Part shown: positions 9,853-19,079 of the stretch, one piece after another | Layout of the letters: each line of letters starts with the position of its first letter | How positions within the stretch are numbered: the stretch's first letter is position 1 | DNA from: an uncultured Eubacteriales bacterium | GTDB lineage: Bacteria; Acidobacteriota; Aminicenantia; Aminicenantales; UBA8522 | Assembly (NCBI GenBank): GCA_964445305.1 | Contig: CAYUKK010000005.1 | Coordinates: 6,614-70,613, forward strand | DNA: 64,000 bases | Reading direction: 5' to 3' | The notes under the pieces: generated by a model | Seen by the model: the letters and a program-made list of their open reading frames with translations, nothing else | What the model was told of the DNA's origin: nothing | The model's database searches: none | Program-made: the position numbers and the translations under genes

Positions 9853-11520
9853 TCAGCGCAGCGTGCCCTCGTAGTGGGCCGTAAGCTGGCGTTTGCGAAC
9901 CTCTTCGGGCGTGTAGGAAGGAAGGAGCACGGGGGCGATCCTGTCTGTCCTTATTCTGGCCTTCTTGAGCTCCTGTTCATAAGCTGCGACATGGTCGAGG
10001 GTCAGTTGGCCCAGAGTTACGGATTTCGCGTACTCGGCCGCAAAACGCCCGGCTCGCCGACCAAAGACGTTGTAATCAAGGACCGAGTTGCCCATCAGCC
10101 TGTTCCGGCCGTGGACACCGCCCGAGGCCTCGCCAGCGACAAAAAGGCCGGGGATATTCGTTTCGCACCGGTCGTTGATTTCGATGCCGCCGTTCTGGTA
10201 GTGAAGCGAAGGATAGACGAGCATCGGCTCCTTGGTAATGTCGATGTTGTAGCGGATAAACTGCCGGACCATAGCCGGGAAATTCTTGGCCAGGTAACCC
10301 GAGCCTCGGATGATTTCGATCAGGGGAGAGTCGAGCCAGACTCCCCATCGGCCGCTCGGTGTCTGGATGCCGTTCTTTCTTTCCAGGCATTCCCGGATAA
10401 AGGCCGCACTCTCAACATCGCGGGGCTCCCGAGGGAAAACAAAGAGCTCGCCAAACTTGTTAACCGGCTGGCCTCCGGCGCCACGGATTTTTTCCGTAAT
10501 GAGGAAGCCGGCAATTTGCTCCGGGAAAACCGCTCCCGTGGGATGGTACTGAACGGAATCCATGTAGAGCAGCTTGGCCCCTGCTCGGTAGGCGATGACC
10601 AGGCCATCGCCGGTGGCTCCGTAATGGTTGGTCGTGTCGAAGCCGCGAATATGGAGACGACCATAGCCGCCGGTGGCAATGATGGTCGCTTTCGCCTTGA
10701 CCGTAAAGTATTCCTCTGTTTCCATGTTGTAAAGTATGCCGCCGGCGCAGCGGCCGCGGGTGTCGAGAAGGAGCTCGACCGTGGGCATGAACTCGAGAAT
10801 GGTGATTTTGTCCGGATGGTTGCGGACCTCGTCCATCAGGGTGCGCATGATCATGGCCCCGGTATAATCGCGGCAGGAGTGCATCCTCTTGCGGGACGTA
10901 TCGCCTCCGTGGAGAACCTGCAAGGAGCCATCGGGGTTTTTATCCCAGACGACGCCGAGATCCTCGAGCCATTTCACGACTTCGGGTCCATCCTCAGTCA
11001 GAGCCCGAACGAGTTCAGGCTTGTTGTCAAAGTGGCCGCCGCCTATGGCGTCGAGGAAATGGCGGGTCGGCGAGTCCTGGGGTTTGACCGCGGCTTGCAT
11101 CCCGCCCTGGGACATCATCGAGTTCGCATCTCCGAGCCGTAGCTTGGTCGAGATGATGCTCCGGGCTCCGTTCTGCATGGCCAGGATGGCCGCTGCGCAA
11201 CCGGCGCCTCCGCCGCCAATGATGAGGATATCGGTCTCGAAATCAGGACGGGAGAGGTCGAAAAGCTCTGGCTTGATACGGCTGTGGGATTCGAGCATGT
11301 CGGCCACTTCGGTCGTGAGGAATTCACCCTTGTTGGGTCCGATCCGGACGACGCGCCTGGCCTCCGGCCTGTAATCGGGGTGAAACCTGTTGAGAACCTC
11401 CTCTCTTTCCTCGGCTGTCATGGGCGGGAAAACTGGCTTTCCCGATTTCTCGAGCTCCAGCCGATGCGGTCTCGTCTTTTCAACGAGGTTCAGGGATTCT
11501 CTCATATATTCGGGATACAT
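9853..11520 (-). CDS. fumarate reductase / succinate dehydrogenase-family flavoprotein (FAD_binding_2), probably non-covalent FAD, with a ~95-aa N-terminal extension
   Basis: 555 aa. Dinucleotide motif DILIIGGGGAGCAAAILA. The FAD region TKLRLGDANSMMSQGGMQAA lacks the covalent-FAD His seen in Sdh/Frd RSHTVAAQGG. Last gene of the hdr-like operon. Confidence 0.7.
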   Translation of the reverse strand: MYPEYMRESLNLVEKTRPHRLELEKSGKPVFPPMTAEEREEVLNRFHPDYRPEARRVVRIGPNKGEFLTTEVADMLESHSRIKPELFDLSRPDFETDILIIGGGGAGCAAAILAMQNGARSIISTKLRLGDANSMMSQGGMQAAVKPQDSPTRHFLDAIGGGHFDNKPELVRALTEDGPEVVKWLEDLGVVWDKNPDGSLQVLHGGDTSRKRMHSCRDYTGAMIMRTLMDEVRNHPDKITILEFMPTVELLLDTRGRCAGGILYNMETEEYFTVKAKATIIATGGYGRLHIRGFDTTNHYGATGDGLVIAYRAGAKLLYMDSVQYHPTGAVFPEQIAGFLITEKIRGAGGQPVNKFGELFVFPREPRDVESAAFIRECLERKNGIQTPSGRWGVWLDSPLIEIIRGSGYLAKNFPAMVRQFIRYNIDITKEPMLVYPSLHYQNGGIEINDRCETNIPGLFVAGEASGGVHGRNRLMGNSVLDYNVFGRRAGRFAAEYAKSVTLGQLTLDHVAAYEQELKKARIRTDRIAPVLLPSYTPEEVRKRQLTAHYEGTLR

Positions 11521-11532
11521 CGCACACTCCTT

Positions 11533-12285
11533 TTATTCGATGTCTCGAGCGTAGTATCTCTTCTTGAGCTCGTCTTTTTTCAAGGCCATCAGCTCCTTGT
11601 ATTCCCTGTCGAATTTCTTCTGGCGGATTTCCTTAATTCTCTGCTCGAGCTCAGGGCTTTTCTTGGCCAGATACCGGCCATAGAGCCTCTTGGCCAGCAG
11701 GCCGACGTTGTAATGGACAATCTCCGCTGGGCAGCGGATAGCACACAGCCCGCAGCAGAGGCAGTCGAAGGAAAGGTCCATGACCTTTTCGATGTCGCCT
11801 CGAATGGCGGCCTGGATGTAATCCATCACCTCCAACCCCTGGGGGCAGGCCTTAGTGCAGGTGTTGCAGGCGACGCAGCGAAAGATCTCCGGGTAGAGCT
11901 TCTGGAAAGCCGTGACGTTCGGCTCCAGCTTCTCGATGTCGTAGACAGGCTTCTGGGCCGGGATGACGGGAAGCTGGGAAAGCCACATGCCTTCCTGGAC
12001 GAGGGTGGTGCAGGCGAGGCCGGTATAGATTTTGTAATCCCCGGGGAGGCGATAGACGGTCGCGCAAGCCCCGCAAAAGCCTTCCCGGCAGCCAGCGCCC
12101 CGCTTGATCTGATAGCCGGCGTATTCGATGGCCCCCATGATGGTGGCCTCAGCCGGAACCTTATGGGCCTTGCCCATGATGTAGACGGTGACCATTTTCT
12201 TGGGGGGTTCAGCTGGCTCGGCCTTCTTTTTCATCGGCCGTACCGGCTTGGCATCTCTTCTCGGTGTCGCTTTCTTTTTAGCCAT
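11533..12285 (-). CDS. SdhB/FrdB-type iron-sulfur subunit (2Fe-2S plus two Cys-cluster motifs) with a Lys-rich N-terminal tail
   Basis: 250 aa. GCREGFCGACAT...LAC (2Fe-2S), then CVACNTCTKACP and CLCCGLCAIRCP. Strong SD (GGGAAGGAGA) before ATG 12285. Basic tail MAKKKATPRRDAKPVRPMKKKAEPAEPPKK. Confidence 0.7.
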   Translation of the reverse strand: MAKKKATPRRDAKPVRPMKKKAEPAEPPKKMVTVYIMGKAHKVPAEATIMGAIEYAGYQIKRGAGCREGFCGACATVYRLPGDYKIYTGLACTTLVQEGMWLSQLPVIPAQKPVYDIEKLEPNVTAFQKLYPEIFRCVACNTCTKACPQGLEVMDYIQAAIRGDIEKVMDLSFDCLCCGLCAIRCPAEIVHYNVGLLAKRLYGRYLAKKSPELEQRIKEIRQKKFDREYKELMALKKDELKKRYYARDIE

Positions 12286-12321
12286 CGTTTGATCTCCTTC
12301 CCGTTACTAAAGTCTTCGGTG

Positions 12322-13146
12322 TCAGTATTCTTGCGGCAACTTCTTGAGCTCCGCCCAGGAATAGACGGGACCGTCCTTGCAGACATAGTGCTGGCCGATG
12401 TTGCAACGGCCGCACTTGCCGATACCGCATTTCATTTTGTTTTCCACGGTCGTGTAAATTTGGTTATCGGCGAACTTGAGGTCCTGAAGCGCTTTGATGA
12501 CGAACTTGATCATAATGGGAGGGCCGCAGGTGATGGCGATGGTGTTGGAAGGATCGGGCTTCTTGTCCAAGACGTTCTGGGGAACGAACCCGACGAACTC
12601 TGTCCATTCTGGCTCGGCCACGTCGATAGACAAATGGACAGTCATCTGCTTCTTCAAGTCCGCCAGCTCCTCCTTAAAAACAATATCCTTCGACGTCCTG
12701 GCGCCGTAGATAAGGGTGAGCTCGCCGTATTCTTCCTTCTTGGCCAGGGCAGTCTGGAGCACAGACCAAATGGGAGCCAGGCCGATACCGCCGCCAATAA
12801 AGACCAGGTTTTTCCCCGTCCATGCTTCAACGGGAAAGCCGTTGCCATAGGGGCCGCGAATGCCGACCAAGTCGCCGACTTCCATCTCGTGGAGGGCCGT
12901 AGTTACCCTCCCCATCTTCAAGATGCTGAACTGGAGGTAGTCCTTAACAAGGGGGGAAGAGGAGATGGAGATCATGCTCTCACCCTTGCCAAAGACGGAA
13001 AGCATGGCGCACTGGCCACAGCGGTGGCTGAAGCCGTCGCCGTTGACGAAGACAGTCCGGAATGTCTTGATCGCCCTCGCCCCTCCCACTTCTTCCTTGA
13101 TATGGATGATCTTGGCCAGCTTGGGGATGTAGACGTTAGGCTCCAT
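12322..13146 (-). CDS. FAD/NAD(P)H-binding oxidoreductase with C-terminal 2Fe-2S (sulfhydrogenase gamma HydG / AsrB / PyrK-like; FlxA-like)
   Basis: 274 aa. GIRGPYGNGFP and LVFIGGGIGLAPIWS (NAD(P)-binding). C-terminal CGIGKCGRCNIG. Confidence 0.7.
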   Translation of the reverse strand: MEPNVYIPKLAKIIHIKEEVGGARAIKTFRTVFVNGDGFSHRCGQCAMLSVFGKGESMISISSSPLVKDYLQFSILKMGRVTTALHEMEVGDLVGIRGPYGNGFPVEAWTGKNLVFIGGGIGLAPIWSVLQTALAKKEEYGELTLIYGARTSKDIVFKEELADLKKQMTVHLSIDVAEPEWTEFVGFVPQNVLDKKPDPSNTIAITCGPPIMIKFVIKALQDLKFADNQIYTTVENKMKCGIGKCGRCNIGQHYVCKDGPVYSWAELKKLPQEY

Positions 13147-14191
13147 GGTTGCTTACCTTGTCCAGGACTTTGATGATGTCGATCCCAACCGGGCAGAGGC
13201 TGATGCAACGGCCGCAGCCCGTGCACATAACCTGGTCAAAATTCTCGACAAAATAGCGAAATTTATGGAGAACCCTCTGGCGAAGACGCGACGCCTTGTC
13301 CGGTCGGGGGTTGTGGCCGGAAGAATGCATGGTGAAATCGGGGAATTGGCAGTTGTCCCATGTCCGAACCCTCTTGCCGCGCAAGGGGGATATGGAGTCG
13401 ACTTCGTCGTTGATGTCAAAGCAATGGCAGGAAGGACAGAGATAGGTGCAGATGCCGCACTGGATGCAGCTCATCGATTCCTCATCCCAGAGAGACGAAT
13501 CGAACAGGCCCTGGAGAGCTGCGGCCCTCTCCTTTTTCGTCCCCTTGACCCCGCGGACGAGCTTTTTCCTCGCTTCGGCGTGCCTGGCCTGGACTTTCTT
13601 CTTGTCGTCCGGTTGGGGCTCTTTGAAGAGTTCTCTCGCCGCCTGGACGAGCTTTTCTCCGTTGGTCGAAAGGGTTTTTACATAATAGCTATCCCCTAAG
13701 TCGGTGAGCAAGATGTCAAGCCCTTCTTCGCCGTGGGGTGAACCCTCGACGGAAAGGCAAAAGCAATTCTCCCAGGGCGGCGTGTGGCAGGCCAAACCGA
13801 TGAGCGAAGCTTGGCTCCGACGCTTCCAGTAGTAAGGGTCGGTAAAGTCGCCGCCAAAAACTCTATCCAGGAGCCAGATAGCCCGGGCATCGCAGGGCCG
13901 GACGCCGAAAATAACGAATGGCTTGCCGTTGGGCAAGACTTCTCTGACCTCAAGGGTCTCGCGATTCCCCTCGATTGTTTTCGAGAATTCGAGGAAGACT
14001 TCGCGCTGAGGAAAGATAAGCGCTTTGGCCGGAAGTGTGGTTACGGCAAGCTCGAGGCTGGCGGGGGCATGGTCGATGATTTCGTAATTCCAGCGTTCGT
14101 TTTCATCTTTTCTCGGCGCATAAACCGTCCAAGCATTGAGCTTTTCCATCCACAGAGGCAAGGACTTTTTTTCAAGTATCTTGTCCATCAT
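13136..14191 (-). CDS. iron-sulfur oxidoreductase, sulfhydrogenase beta (HydB) / AsrA-like (FlxB-like)
   Basis: Start placed at MMDKILEKK (RBS GGAG...AGGT). CIQCGICTYLCPSC and CTGCGRCISLCP motifs. Overlaps the neighbouring hydG-like gene. Confidence 0.62.
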   Translation of the reverse strand: MMDKILEKKSLPLWMEKLNAWTVYAPRKDENERWNYEIIDHAPASLELAVTTLPAKALIFPQREVFLEFSKTIEGNRETLEVREVLPNGKPFVIFGVRPCDARAIWLLDRVFGGDFTDPYYWKRRSQASLIGLACHTPPWENCFCLSVEGSPHGEEGLDILLTDLGDSYYVKTLSTNGEKLVQAARELFKEPQPDDKKKVQARHAEARKKLVRGVKGTKKERAAALQGLFDSSLWDEESMSCIQCGICTYLCPSCHCFDINDEVDSISPLRGKRVRTWDNCQFPDFTMHSSGHNPRPDKASRLRQRVLHKFRYFVENFDQVMCTGCGRCISLCPVGIDIIKVLDKVSNHGA

Positions 14192-14192
14192 C

Positions 14193-15221
14193 TTACCTGA
14201 TGAAATCTCCAGGGTCATCGTCTTTGAAGGAGGATATGAGCGGCGGCTGGGCGGGGTCGAAGCCAACCTCGTAGCCGAAGAGCTCCTTGGCCTCCTTTTC
14301 CAGCTTCTTGTTGAGAAAGCGAAGGGGAATATCCAGCGGACAGGCCCTTTCGCATTCACCGCAGTCGATGCATCGGCCAGCCAGATGAATGGCCCGAACG
14401 AGGTGGTAGACGAAATTCTCGGATGACTCGGCTGACCTCTGGATCCACTTCACCTTGTGGGCTTTTTCCTCAGCCGTCGTGTCGGCTGTGACAGCCAGGT
14501 TGATGCTGTCGACGACGCATTCATCGCAGTAACACATCGGACAAACCGACCGACAGGCATAGCAACGGATGCACTTGTCGAGTTGCTCTTTCCAGAAACG
14601 CCACCTTTCTTCCTGGCCGAGCGCTTCTATTTTCTCGACGGACCCGAAGGGCTTGTCCACCGCCTTCCTGGTTTTTTCGCCCGCCAGGATGTCGTAGAGG
14701 ACTGGAAAGTTGGCCTGGCATTCCAGGCAACGCTCGGCCAGGAGCTCCTCGACCGGGAATTCGACCTTTCCGTCCGCCGTCGTGATGAGGAACCGGTCGG
14801 CGGCCAGCTCGATTTTCTTGGGTTTTTTCCCTCCCAGCTTTCGGGCAAGCTTGTGGTCATCGATGACGCCGGCTTTCTCGCAAGAAACGCCGAGGACGTA
14901 GATATCCTGACGGTCGATGAATTTTTCTTGGAGGAGAACGACGATGGCCCGGCTGTCGCAGCCCTTGACTACTACCCCCACCGGCCTTTTGTCGGGTTGC
15001 TTCTGCCTGGCTTTTCTTCTCTTCTCGTCAACGAGGAAGCGCGCCAGGTTGTGAACGCACGTCGGGTCCCAGACGAGCTTCTCGACATCCTCTGGAGTCT
15101 TGATGAACACGGGAATGGCCTGCCAGCCGTTGCCGCCCGTCCCATAGCCGATGAGGTATTTGATTTTCCCTTCACGCAGGAGCTTCCTCGCCTCCTCCTT
15201 GAGGTCCTCGAAATTAGCCAT
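14193..15221 (-). CDS. FrhB/FdhB-family-like iron-sulfur protein (FlxC-like) with two C-terminal 4Fe-4S ferredoxin motifs
   Basis: Start at MANFEDLKEEARK; its ATG shares one base with the mvhD stop (TGATG). CIRCYACRSVCP and CIDCGECERACP. Confidence 0.5.
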   Translation of the reverse strand: MANFEDLKEEARKLLREGKIKYLIGYGTGGNGWQAIPVFIKTPEDVEKLVWDPTCVHNLARFLVDEKRRKARQKQPDKRPVGVVVKGCDSRAIVVLLQEKFIDRQDIYVLGVSCEKAGVIDDHKLARKLGGKKPKKIELAADRFLITTADGKVEFPVEELLAERCLECQANFPVLYDILAGEKTRKAVDKPFGSVEKIEALGQEERWRFWKEQLDKCIRCYACRSVCPMCYCDECVVDSINLAVTADTTAEEKAHKVKWIQRSAESSENFVYHLVRAIHLAGRCIDCGECERACPLDIPLRFLNKKLEKEAKELFGYEVGFDPAQPPLISSFKDDDPGDFIR

Positions 15222-15643
15222 CAGGGGTTTCTCCTCAATTTTGCCTGGGGACCCAGCGGTTTGAGCTCTTTGACGAAATCCTTGATCACCTGGGTATATT
15301 TGGTGCCCTCGGCAGCCGAGACCCAGGACATCTGGAACCTCTCTGGCTCCAGCCCGATGAACTCCAGGAGTTTCTTGACAAAATAGATGCGCCGCCGGGC
15401 GTAGTAGTTTCCTTTGATGTAATGGCAATCGCCAGGATGGCAGCCCGAGACGAGCACACCGTCAGCGCCCTTATTGAAGGCGGTAAAGATGTAGAGAGGG
15501 GAGACGCTCCCGGAGCACATGACCTGGATGGGGATGACGTTGGGCGGATATTCCATCCGTGATACACCGGCCATGTCGCTCCCGGCCGAGGAACACCACT
15601 TGCACAGAAAAGCAACAATTTTCGGTTCGAATTCCTCCGCCAT
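15221..15643 (-). CDS. mvhD: MvhD / FlxD-like protein (methyl-viologen-reducing hydrogenase delta-subunit family; 2Fe-2S electron-transfer partner of HdrA)
   Basis: Start at MAEEFEPKIVAFLCKWC (ATGA overlap with the hdrA stop). Conserved CKWCSSAG ... VMCSG ... SGCHPGDCHY cysteines. Confidence 0.75.
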   Translation of the reverse strand: MAEEFEPKIVAFLCKWCSSAGSDMAGVSRMEYPPNVIPIQVMCSGSVSPLYIFTAFNKGADGVLVSGCHPGDCHYIKGNYYARRRIYFVKKLLEFIGLEPERFQMSWVSAAEGTKYTQVIKDFVKELKPLGPQAKLRRNP

Positions 15644-15645
15644 CC

Positions 15646-17592
15646 TCAGCCTCCCAGACACGCGCTGATCATATCGTGAACCTGGCTCAAAGTCAGGTTC
15701 TTCACCTGGATGGCCGCCCGCAAGCAGGTGGCCGAGCAGGTTCCGCATCCCTCGCAGAGGACTTCGTTGACCTCTGCTTTATCATCCTTCAAGGCGATCG
15801 CATCATAGGGACAGACTTGGACGCACATCCCGCAGCCTGTGCAGAGGGTGGGGATGACTTTGGCCACGGTTGGGGAGTGGTAGAGTCTCTCCTGGGAGAG
15901 AACAGCCACCGCCTTGGCGGCAGCACCGCTGGCCTGGGCCACGGCCTCAGGGATGTCCTTGGGAGCTTGCGCGGCTCCCGCCAGGAAAACGCCCGAGGTG
16001 ACGCTTTCGACTGGCCGCAGCTTGGGATGCGCTTCCGCCAAGAAGCCGTCCTTGTCCAGGGCCAGTTTGAGCTTCTTGGCCAGTTCTTGGGCTCCTTTGG
16101 CCGGACGCATCGCCTGGGCGAGAACAACCATGTCGGCGGCAATTTCGATGTGTTTGCCCGTCAGCGTATCGACTCCCCAGACTTTGAGCTTGCCCTTATC
16201 TTCGAAAACCTTCGACACTTTGCCCCGCAGGTAGACGACGCCATCCTCTTCGATGGCTCTCTGGACAAATTCCTCGTAGCCTTTGCCGCCAGAGCGGATG
16301 TCAATGTAAAAGACGTACGCTTGTCCGTCATGGACATGATGCTTGTAGAGCATGGCGTGCTTGGCTGTATACATGCAGCAGATTTTGGAGCAGTAAGCGC
16401 AGTGGTTTTCAGGGTCACGCGAGCCCGAGCACTGGATGAAGACGACTTCTTTGGGTTCCTTGTGGTCAGAGGGACGGAGAATCTGGCCTCTCGTGGGGCC
16501 TGACGCAGAGCAAAGTCGCTCGAACTGAAGCCCGTCGAGAACATCAGGGTACTTCCCGTATCCATATTCGGCCATGTTCTCTTTATCATAAAGGTCATAG
16601 CCAGTGGCCACGATAATCGCCCCCACTTCTTCTTCGATGATTTGTGGCTTCATATCATAGTCAATGGCCTTGGCCTCACAGACGTCGGCGCACTTGCCGC
16701 AGGCGATGGGCAAAAGGCCGGGGCACGCGTTGATGTCGAGGGTGTAGGAAGCCGGAATGGCTTGAGGAAAGGGGATATAAATGGCTCTTCTTCCCGTCAG
16801 CCCGAGTTCAAACTCGCTGGGGACAACGATGGGGCAGACCTTCGTGCACTCATCGCAGAGGTTGCACTTATCGGGGTCGACGTAAGTCGGCTTCTTCAGG
16901 ATCTTGACTTTGAAATTGCCCACATACCCGGAGACATCCTGGACTTCGCAGTAGGTCATCAGCCTGATTTTTGGATGCTTGGAAGCCTCGACCATTTTGG
17001 GAGTAAGGATGCACTGGGAGCAATCCAGGGTGGGGAAAGTCTCGGAAAGCTGGATCATATGGCCGCCGATGGAGGGGCTTTTCTCCACGAGAATGACGTC
17101 AAACCCGCTATTGGCCAAATCAAGAGAAGCCTGGATGCCGGCAATCCCCCCGCCGATGACAAGGGCCTTGCGCGTCACGGGGACGCTGACGGCCTCGAGG
17201 GATTCATTCCGATGGACTTTTTCTACAGCGCTCTTGGTGATTTTGATGGCTTTCTGGGTGGCTTTGTCTTTTTCCTTGTGGACCCAGCTACATTGCTCCC
17301 GGATGTTGGCAATTTCGCAACGATAGGCATTCAGTCCAGCCAACCCCGAAGCCTTGCGAAAGGTTGTCTCGTGGAGAGTCGGCGAGCAGCAGGCGACGAC
17401 GACGTTGCTTAATTTTTTCTCTTTGATAGCCTGGACAATGAGGTTTTGCCCCGGGTCCGAGCACATGTAGACATAATCCTCGGCATGAACAACACCGGGA
17501 TGTTTGATGAGCTCCTGAGCGACTTTCTTGACATCCACTGTACCGGCGATATTGATGCCGCAGTGGCAGACAAAAACTCCTGTGCGTTTCAT
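15646..17592 (-). CDS. hdrA: heterodisulfide reductase subunit A (FAD, multiple Fe-S clusters)
   Basis: 648 aa. Near-colinear with methanogen HdrA: GVFVCHCGINIAGTVD, VIGGGIAGIQASLDLANSGF, CNLCDECTKVCP, FIQCSGSRD, and C-terminal CTGCGMCVQVCP / CEGCGTCSATC. Confidence 0.88.
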   Translation of the reverse strand: MKRTGVFVCHCGINIAGTVDVKKVAQELIKHPGVVHAEDYVYMCSDPGQNLIVQAIKEKKLSNVVVACCSPTLHETTFRKASGLAGLNAYRCEIANIREQCSWVHKEKDKATQKAIKITKSAVEKVHRNESLEAVSVPVTRKALVIGGGIAGIQASLDLANSGFDVILVEKSPSIGGHMIQLSETFPTLDCSQCILTPKMVEASKHPKIRLMTYCEVQDVSGYVGNFKVKILKKPTYVDPDKCNLCDECTKVCPIVVPSEFELGLTGRRAIYIPFPQAIPASYTLDINACPGLLPIACGKCADVCEAKAIDYDMKPQIIEEEVGAIIVATGYDLYDKENMAEYGYGKYPDVLDGLQFERLCSASGPTRGQILRPSDHKEPKEVVFIQCSGSRDPENHCAYCSKICCMYTAKHAMLYKHHVHDGQAYVFYIDIRSGGKGYEEFVQRAIEEDGVVYLRGKVSKVFEDKGKLKVWGVDTLTGKHIEIAADMVVLAQAMRPAKGAQELAKKLKLALDKDGFLAEAHPKLRPVESVTSGVFLAGAAQAPKDIPEAVAQASGAAAKAVAVLSQERLYHSPTVAKVIPTLCTGCGMCVQVCPYDAIALKDDKAEVNEVLCEGCGTCSATCLRAAIQVKNLTLSQVHDMISACLGG

Positions 17593-18212
17593 GGCTTACC
17601 CTTCTTGGCTTTAGCTGGAGCGAGCTTGGCCGTCGGGGTTTCTGCCTTTTCTTCAACCTGCGGTTGACCCGTCTGGCGCAGCTGTTCCAGGCCATAATCG
17701 TAACCTCTCTCGAAGGCTCGGATATTTAATTCTAAGAATCTCTTGGGGACAAGGCCAGGTAACGCCTTTTTCATCGCCTCGGGTGTGACGGCCTTCGTTA
17801 TCGCCGTGAAGAACCCGAGCATCACCAAATTGGCAAAAATCCGGTTGCCCATTTCTTCGGCGAAGCGGGTCGCGGGAATGCTGAAGACTTTGATCTTGGC
17901 CCGAGGAGGACGGATTTTGACGAGGTCCGTGTCGATGATGAGGATGCCGTCTTCCCTCAATTCGGGCTCGTATTTTTCATAGGCATCCTGGGACATAGCC
18001 ACCAAGATTTCTGGCCGAGTGATGTAGGGATAAAGAACGCGGTCATCAGAAATGACGAGCTGGGAGCTGCAGGCGCTTCCCCTTGCCTCGGGTCCGAAGC
18101 TCTGAGTCATCGTGCCGTATTTATTATCAAACAGGGAAACCGCTTTGCCGGTGATGAGGCCGCAGCGGATGATTCCCTGCCCGCCGTATCCAGAGAAACG
18201 AATTTCTTTCAT
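17589..18212 (-). CDS. 2-oxoacid:ferredoxin oxidoreductase gamma subunit
   Basis: 207 aa. MKEIRFSGYGGQGIIRCGLITGKA is the POR/KOR gamma hallmark. 4-nt overlap with the hdrA start. Confidence 0.8.
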   Translation of the reverse strand: MKEIRFSGYGGQGIIRCGLITGKAVSLFDNKYGTMTQSFGPEARGSACSSQLVISDDRVLYPYITRPEILVAMSQDAYEKYEPELREDGILIIDTDLVKIRPPRAKIKVFSIPATRFAEEMGNRIFANLVMLGFFTAITKAVTPEAMKKALPGLVPKRFLELNIRAFERGYDYGLEQLRQTGQPQVEEKAETPTAKLAPAKAKKGKP

Positions 18213-18215
18213 GGC

Positions 18216-19079
18216 TCACTCTCCATAGGGCTGATATTTATCGCCCAGGACTTTCTTCAAATGGGTATTCATGCATTCCAGGAAAGTCGGTTTTTCTCGG
18301 TCGATGAACTTACCGACAATAATCTTGCCCTGGTAGCTGATGTCCAGAGTGCGCGTATCCGCGCCGTGCTGGATGTCCGAATTCTCGTAGTAATACTTGA
18401 GGAGGTTGAGGCCGTCGCCGAGACGGTTACGGCGGGCGTAGAGGGTGACGCAGGGGGTGATGACCTCGATGAAGGAGAAACCCTTCTTGGCCAGGGCTTC
18501 CTGAATGGATTTAGTTACCCGCCGCAAGTGGAGTGCCGTCCAGCGAGCGACATAAGTAGCGCCACAAGCATCGGCTAAGTAAGGAAGATTGAAGGGATAT
18601 TCATAGTTCCCGTAGGGAGCGGTGGAAAGGTTAGCCTGGATGGGGGTGGTCGCGGCCACCTGGCCGCCGGTCATCGCGTAATTGAAATTATTGACGCAAA
18701 TGACCAGTATGTCCATGTTCCGCCGGGCGGCATGGATGAAGTGATTGCCGCCAATGCCAACAATGTCTCCATCACCGCTGAAGACAACGACCTTGAGCTC
18801 AGGGTTGCCCAGCTTCAAACCTGTGGCGAAGGGAATAGGCCGGCCATGGGTGGTGTGGAAAGAATCGAGTCGGACATAGCCGGCCACTCTCCCCGTGCAG
18901 CCGATGCCCGAAACGATAGCCACCTTATCCAGGTTAATGTTGCTCTTGCGCAGGGCGCTAGCAAAGGAGCTAACGACCGTTCCGATGCCGCATCCCGGAC
19001 ACCAGATGTGAGGAATCCGGTCCATGCGCAAGAATTCTTCCATCGGGTTTCTTTCTTCGAGCCGATCCTCTTCCCTCAT
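18216..19079 (-). CDS. 2-oxoacid:ferredoxin oxidoreductase beta subunit (TPP-binding)
   Basis: 287 aa. WCPGCGIG...GIGCTGRV...FSGDGD TPP motif. ATGA overlap with the alpha-subunit stop. Confidence 0.85.
   Translation of the reverse strand: MREEDRLEERNPMEEFLRMDRIPHIWCPGCGIGTVVSSFASALRKSNINLDKVAIVSGIGCTGRVAGYVRLDSFHTTHGRPIPFATGLKLGNPELKVVVFSGDGDIVGIGGNHFIHAARRNMDILVICVNNFNYAMTGGQVAATTPIQANLSTAPYGNYEYPFNLPYLADACGATYVARWTALHLRRVTKSIQEALAKKGFSFIEVITPCVTLYARRNRLGDGLNLLKYYYENSDIQHGADTRTLDISYQGKIIVGKFIDREKPTFLECMNTHLKKVLGDKYQPYGE

Noticed and set aside
9874-17412. Long plus-strand ORFs inside the hdr operon (422 aa at 9874, 629 aa at 11284, 309 aa at 14457, 314 aa at 15559, 256 aa at 16642)
   Set aside because: All lie antisense to well-supported minus-strand genes. 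They have low-complexity composition and no domain signatures. These are GC-driven open frames.
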